From NCBI GenBank assembly GCA_050013715.1, contig JBEKES010000006.1, forward strand, positions 1 to 30,835: a stretch of 30,835 nucleotides of DNA, written 5' to 3'. Positions 26,799-30,835 of this stretch are shown one piece after another. Position numbers and translations under genes: made by a program. Below the pieces are notes generated by a model, which was not told the origin of the DNA, made no database searches, and saw only the letters and a program-made list of their open reading frames with translations. How positions within the stretch are numbered: the first letter of the stretch is position 1; every line of letters starts with the position of its first letter. The DNA is from Candidatus Micrarchaeaceae archaeon. Its GTDB lineage: Archaea > Micrarchaeota > Micrarchaeia > Micrarchaeales > Micrarchaeaceae.

Positions 26799-26993
26799 AT
26801 GTGCCAGTCTCCAGTTGGTAAAGTAATAAAGGTAAATGATAGTACCATACTTATCGAGCATAAGGGCAAGACAAGGGAGCTTGACTCAAAGCTTGTTGAT
26901 GTAAAAGTAGGGGAATACGTGATGTTCTCGCTTAATATCGCCATTGACAAAATCGATGAGGAAGAGGCAAAAATGATTCTGGGAGAGCTTTGA
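26799..26993 (+). CDS. hypC: HypC/HupF-family hydrogenase maturation chaperone
   Basis: N-terminal MC-x-x-P-x-GKV, VKVGEYV, AIDKIDEEEA. Confidence 0.8.
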   Translation: MCQSPVGKVIKVNDSTILIEHKGKTRELDSKLVDVKVGEYVMFSLNIAIDKIDEEEAKMILGEL

Positions 26994-27514
26994 TGAAGAT
27001 AGAAGATAGAAAGCTATTTTTAAAATATGCATTGCCCTGCGCAAGCACCTTTGTGACTAGGGGCACCTTGACTCAAGAGCATCTTAATGATTTAATAAGA
27101 ACTGTTTCTGATGACAATCTTCCAAATGAAAATGTAGAGGAAATGTTCAAGGTTGCAAACGCCATGTGCAAGATCATAGCAATGCGCATGAACAAATCAT
27201 CAATAGACAGCGAAGTTATAAGGCAGTACTTCCTGCTCGAGCACAGCAAAGTAGTTGATGACAGGTATGAGCTAATGAGAGACTTCAACCCAATAGATTG
27301 CAAGACCTATGCTGGCATAGTCACAAAAACGGAGAATGGCCACGCAATTGTAAAGACAAGCCGCGGCGAAAGGGAATATAAGACCCTATTTGCAAAGAAT
27401 GCAAGGGAAAAGGACATGGTTGTAGTGCACTTTGACTTTATAGTTGAGCTAATAACTGAAGACACATTTAAAAAGATGCAAACGGCTGAGCTAGAATATG
27501 GAAAAAGAAACTAA
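26993..27514 (+). CDS. Hypothetical protein coupled to hypC (DUF6390-like)
   Basis: TGATG overlap with hypC; LFLKYALPC, DCKTYAG, VVVHFDF (HypC-like C-terminus). Confidence 0.6.
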   Translation: MKIEDRKLFLKYALPCASTFVTRGTLTQEHLNDLIRTVSDDNLPNENVEEMFKVANAMCKIIAMRMNKSSIDSEVIRQYFLLEHSKVVDDRYELMRDFNPIDCKTYAGIVTKTENGHAIVKTSRGEREYKTLFAKNAREKDMVVVHFDFIVELITEDTFKKMQTAELEYGKRN

Positions 27515-28403
27515 AGGTATTATTCTTGCCTTGCTTGCTGCAATAGTCAGCGGCATATCTATTCCTTTAAACAAATTATTCATAGTAAATCTTGACCCAT
27601 CCGTATTCACTGCAGTAAGGGCGTTAATAATAGGTTCCGTATTTCTTATGATTGCACTTTACGTATCAAAGACAAATCGCAAACCGTTCAAGAAAGTGTC
27701 ATGGAAATACCTAATAGCAATAGCGATTATTGGAGGGTCGTTTGCATTCCTGCTATACTTCACAGGATTGCAGCTAACTACTGCAAGCAGGGCTGCATTC
27801 CTGCAGAAAACGCTGCCACTGTACACTGCAATATTCGCATACATATTCTTGAAGGAAAAAATATCAAGGAAAATGTCATATGCACTTGCGGCAATGCTGA
27901 TAGGCACTGTGATAATATACTTCACGCAGGTTACTCCAGGCGCATTCTGGCAGAACCCATCACTTGGAGATCTTCTGATCATTGCAGCAACAATTCTATG
28001 GGCAATAGAGGCAGTTATAGCAAAGAAGGCAATGTCTCTTGGAGAATCAAATGTAGTTGTTACATTTGCAAGGATGTTCTTTGGAGGAATAATACTTTTT
28101 GGAGTTGTATTGCTGTTCGGAAAGTTTGGTTTATTGCTAACACTTTCCGCGCATCAGTGGGTCAACATAACGATATCCACTATTCTGTTGTTTGCCTATG
28201 TATTATTCTGGTACTGGAGCATAAAGTACATCAATGTGACAAAGGCAACAACTTTGCTGCTAGTAGCGTCAGTAATAGCTGTTGTCTTTGCAACTGTGCT
28301 CTTTCCAGGGGAACCGCTGCCTCCGCTTCAAATAGTTGGGTCAGCAATAATATTAATCGGTGCATATTTTGTCGGTAGAGAAAAGAGCGAAAAAAGAAAG
28401 TAA
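27498..28403 (+). CDS. DMT/EamA-family transporter
   Basis: About 10 TM helices; LYFTGLQLTTASRAAFL...FLKEKI, GDLLIIAATILWA. Confidence 0.9.
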   Translation: MEKETKGIILALLAAIVSGISIPLNKLFIVNLDPSVFTAVRALIIGSVFLMIALYVSKTNRKPFKKVSWKYLIAIAIIGGSFAFLLYFTGLQLTTASRAAFLQKTLPLYTAIFAYIFLKEKISRKMSYALAAMLIGTVIIYFTQVTPGAFWQNPSLGDLLIIAATILWAIEAVIAKKAMSLGESNVVVTFARMFFGGIILFGVVLLFGKFGLLLTLSAHQWVNITISTILLFAYVLFWYWSIKYINVTKATTLLLVASVIAVVFATVLFPGEPLPPLQIVGSAIILIGAYFVGREKSEKRK

Positions 28404-28788
28404 AAAATATAAAATACTTGTTTTCGGCAATCCAATGCTGAAAGAGGACAGCGTGCCGCTAAAGCTTATTCCAAGACTTGCGAAAGAATTCCCAAACATT
28501 GAATTCAAGGAATTCGATCCGAATGACAACCTTGAGAAAGAGGGAAAAGCACTGAATATAATAGACTGCATACAGCAGATCAGAAAAGTTACTATTGTAA
28601 CTGAAATAGACAAGATTGAAACTGCAAGAATATACACAATGCACGATTTTGATCTTGGCTACAACCTTAAGCTTCTAAAGAAGATGGGTTATCTGGACAG
28701 TGTAAGAATATTTGGAGTTCCAATGAAAATGAAGGAAAACGAAGCATTCACGCAGCTAGTCAAAATTATAAATGCAACTTTGGTCTAG
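28360..28788 (+). CDS. Hydrogenase maturation protease-like protein (HycI family)
   Basis: ILVFGNPMLKEDS, IIDC, TMHDFDL; start uncertain. Confidence 0.65.
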   Translation: MHILSVEKRAKKESKKYKILVFGNPMLKEDSVPLKLIPRLAKEFPNIEFKEFDPNDNLEKEGKALNIIDCIQQIRKVTIVTEIDKIETARIYTMHDFDLGYNLKLLKKMGYLDSVRIFGVPMKMKENEAFTQLVKIINATLV

Positions 28789-29016
28789 ATTTTCATAAAA
28801 TAGTTTCATACAAAACACCGGTTTAGTATCACTTCAACCGATGCTGATTTAGGATTAGTCAAAAATAGATGTTTTAAGAAAGTTTTACTTATTTTATAAA
28901 TATTTTAAACTTATTACATACAGAACAACGATATCTTGACTTAAATTTACCACCATGAAGAGTTTCAACTCCACCAACCTTTTGCCATTTATGGAATCCT
29001 AAAGAGCAGGATAAGT

Positions 29017-29658
29017 TCATAATTTAACCTCTAAATGGAAAAAATGGTAAATTCCATCTTCAGCTTGGTCTACCACTTCCTGATTAGATACCGGATCTAT
29101 TATTCGCTTGTAATGCATCTTTTTGTATAACTCAATTGCTTCAGGATTTTTGGTATCCAACACTATATCATCAATTCTTTTTTGCTTTGCTAATTCTTTA
29201 TAACTGTCAAGCAGTTCTCCAGCTATTTCATGCCTTCTTAATCTATTAGAAACTGCCATTTCAGCAATATAGCCTATGTGGCTATGATTACTATTCTTTA
29301 AATAATTAGCTAACACAGGATATTTGTTTTCGTAAAGGTCATATCCCCAAATAAAACCTACTATCTTATCATTTTGCTCGACAACTAGCATTATTGGATT
29401 GACCTTCTCAAGAACAGATTCTATACCTCTCCTAATTTCAGAATCAGATAAATCATTATTGTACGGTTCTTCAATCCATATGTCATGCGCCAACTTTACA
29501 ATTTTTCCAATATCATTTGCTCTAGCAGTTCTAATTATTGAAATTACGCCCTTTTTATCAAAAAATTGTCTTTGGTATTCTGGAATCTTAGAAAGCAAAT
29601 GCTTGAATGATGTTCTTTCTTCCTTTGCCAAATCAGAATTTAAAGCTTTTGTTGCCAT
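29017..29658 (-). CDS. GNAT acetyltransferase
   Basis: YIAEMAVSNRLRRHEIAGELL...AIELYKKMHY. Confidence 0.85.
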   Translation of the reverse strand: MATKALNSDLAKEERTSFKHLLSKIPEYQRQFFDKKGVISIIRTARANDIGKIVKLAHDIWIEEPYNNDLSDSEIRRGIESVLEKVNPIMLVVEQNDKIVGFIWGYDLYENKYPVLANYLKNSNHSHIGYIAEMAVSNRLRRHEIAGELLDSYKELAKQKRIDDIVLDTKNPEAIELYKKMHYKRIIDPVSNQEVVDQAEDGIYHFFHLEVKL

Positions 29659-29670
29659 TTAATCATTCAT

Positions 29671-30183
29671 TCAAGTAGAGCGCAGAGCCTTTCTTGTTAT
29701 TTGATCGATAAACTTCTTTTTTGTCTTTTTATAAATATCACCATTTCCATTAGCTAATTTTGCAGCTTTCTTCTTAATAACAATATATTTCATCCTATCA
29801 GTTTTATTATTTATTAGATGGTCTCTAAAAGTTATCATCTCTTTCCAGTCTTTACTTTTAAATTTTACTAAATGTATATGTACTCTAATAAATTTGGTAT
29901 TATATTTATAATCTTTCCTAAAAAATAGTCTTTTTTGTGTGCCTGCTGTTTCTCTGAACTCATAACCTAGCTTTTCTAGTTGAGTTTTTAATCCTTTTAA
30001 TTTGCTATGCTTTGATCCTATAACAATATCGAGTATGTTTTTACCGCCTAAATCAGGAATTGCAGTACTTCCAATATGCTCAATAATTATATCTTTATTC
30101 AGATTAACAAGTAGTTTTCTCTTCTCAACTTTAAAGAAATTTTTATAGATGATGTTATATTTTCTAAATACATATTTTTTCAT
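29671..30183 (-). CDS. GrpB-family (nucleotidyltransferase-like) protein
   Basis: IEHIGSTAIPDLGGKNILDI, HIHLV, FRDHL, K..FI. Confidence 0.9.
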   Translation of the reverse strand: MKKYVFRKYNIIYKNFFKVEKRKLLVNLNKDIIIEHIGSTAIPDLGGKNILDIVIGSKHSKLKGLKTQLEKLGYEFRETAGTQKRLFFRKDYKYNTKFIRVHIHLVKFKSKDWKEMITFRDHLINNKTDRMKYIVIKKKAAKLANGNGDIYKKTKKKFIDQITRKALRST

Positions 30184-30195
30184 GATTACACTAAT

Positions 30196-30633
30196 TTATA
30201 GGAATTTACTCATTATCGTAATATCTTCTCCAAATTTAAAATGATTTTTTAGTAAGCCTTCTTTTACAAAACCCTGTTTTTTATAAAATCCGACTTTATC
30301 TTTTAATGCAAGAGAATAGAGTTTTCTAAATTTCTCTTTTTTTGCTACTTTGATTATATGAGAAAGCAATTTAAAACCTATTTCATTGTTTTTCCATATT
30401 TCATCTCGTATTTCAGCCACATTTTCATAGTATTTTAATAGTGCAATAGTTCCAAGTATCTTACCATTATCTATAAAAACAAATCGTTCTTCTTTCATTT
30501 CCGAAGTCATTCCTTTCTTCAAATAATCCTTAGCCCATTTTAGAGATAAGTTCATGTCCCTAGTTTTCCAATAATTAACAAGGAATTTTGCTAACCTTTC
30601 TTCATTGTTGCTATTTGATCTTTTTATTTCCAT
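30196..30633 (-). CDS. GNAT acetyltransferase
   Basis: GKILGTIAL...IGFKLL...FYKKQGFVKEGLLKNHF. Confidence 0.8.
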   Translation of the reverse strand: MEIKRSNSNNEERLAKFLVNYWKTRDMNLSLKWAKDYLKKGMTSEMKEERFVFIDNGKILGTIALLKYYENVAEIRDEIWKNNEIGFKLLSHIIKVAKKEKFRKLYSLALKDKVGFYKKQGFVKEGLLKNHFKFGEDITIMSKFL

Positions 30634-30835
30634 CTATTTCACTTTCCTTCTATTTTTATAACCCATGTAATTCATTTCCTTTCTGAATCCCAATTGTTCG
30701 AATATTTTAAGATTAGTATCTGCTGTTATCAGTACAATATTATCAACTCTTGTCAACCAATAAGATGTAAATTTATCTACTAGTAATTTTGCTATTCCCT
30801 TTCTTCTAAATTCATTTATAACAAAAATATTCTCT
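30634..30835 (-). CDS. GNAT acetyltransferase, C-terminal part (truncated by the window edge)
   Basis: ...ENIFVINEFRRKGIAKLLV...IFEQLGF...KVK*, stop at 30636-30634. Confidence 0.8.
   Translation of the reverse strand, partial: ENIFVINEFRRKGIAKLLVDKFTSYWLTRVDNIVLITADTNLKIFEQLGFRKEMNYMGYKNRRKVK

Noticed and set aside
27364..27374. Near-match CGGCGAAAGGG to the cassette core
   Set aside because: Imperfect, inside a CDS, and lacks the hairpin and arm context.
27701..28378. 225-aa alternative-frame ORF, and the other short overlapping/antisense ORFs in the track
   Set aside because: They overlap well-supported genes (here the EamA transporter) and have no recognisable motifs.

Overview
Archaeal chromosomal segment: TATA-box promoters, GGTGA/GTGA ribosome-binding sites and gene content suggest a DPANN, Micrarchaeota-like genome (inference). 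The first ~11.7 kb is a tandem array of 11 gene cassettes (442-2180 bp). They are delimited by 12 same-strand copies of an invariant 10-bp core, CGGCGAGGGC, followed by G in 10 of 12 copies. Most cores are preceded by a ~27-36-nt hairpin and followed by a degenerate tRNA-like anticodon(GTC)/T-arm motif, and the left and right arms are shuffled exactly at the core. The core reads like the 3' end of an archaeal tRNA-Asp. This suggests an integron-like, tRNA-anchored cassette system without attC sites; neither the tRNA nor an integrase is in the window. Cargo includes two toxin-antitoxin pairs, an orphan DNA methyltransferase, a VOC protein, an ankyrin protein and ORFans sharing one promoter module, and one cassette is hit by an IS5-family element. 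The rest is ordinary accessory/core DNA: membrane proteins, an AlkZ-like glycosylase, a cupin, TMEM175, a duplicated wHTH/C2H2 zinc-finger module with a triplicated divergent promoter, an FKBP PPIase, pyrD, hypC-linked hydrogenase-maturation genes and an AT-rich GNAT/GrpB block at the right end.
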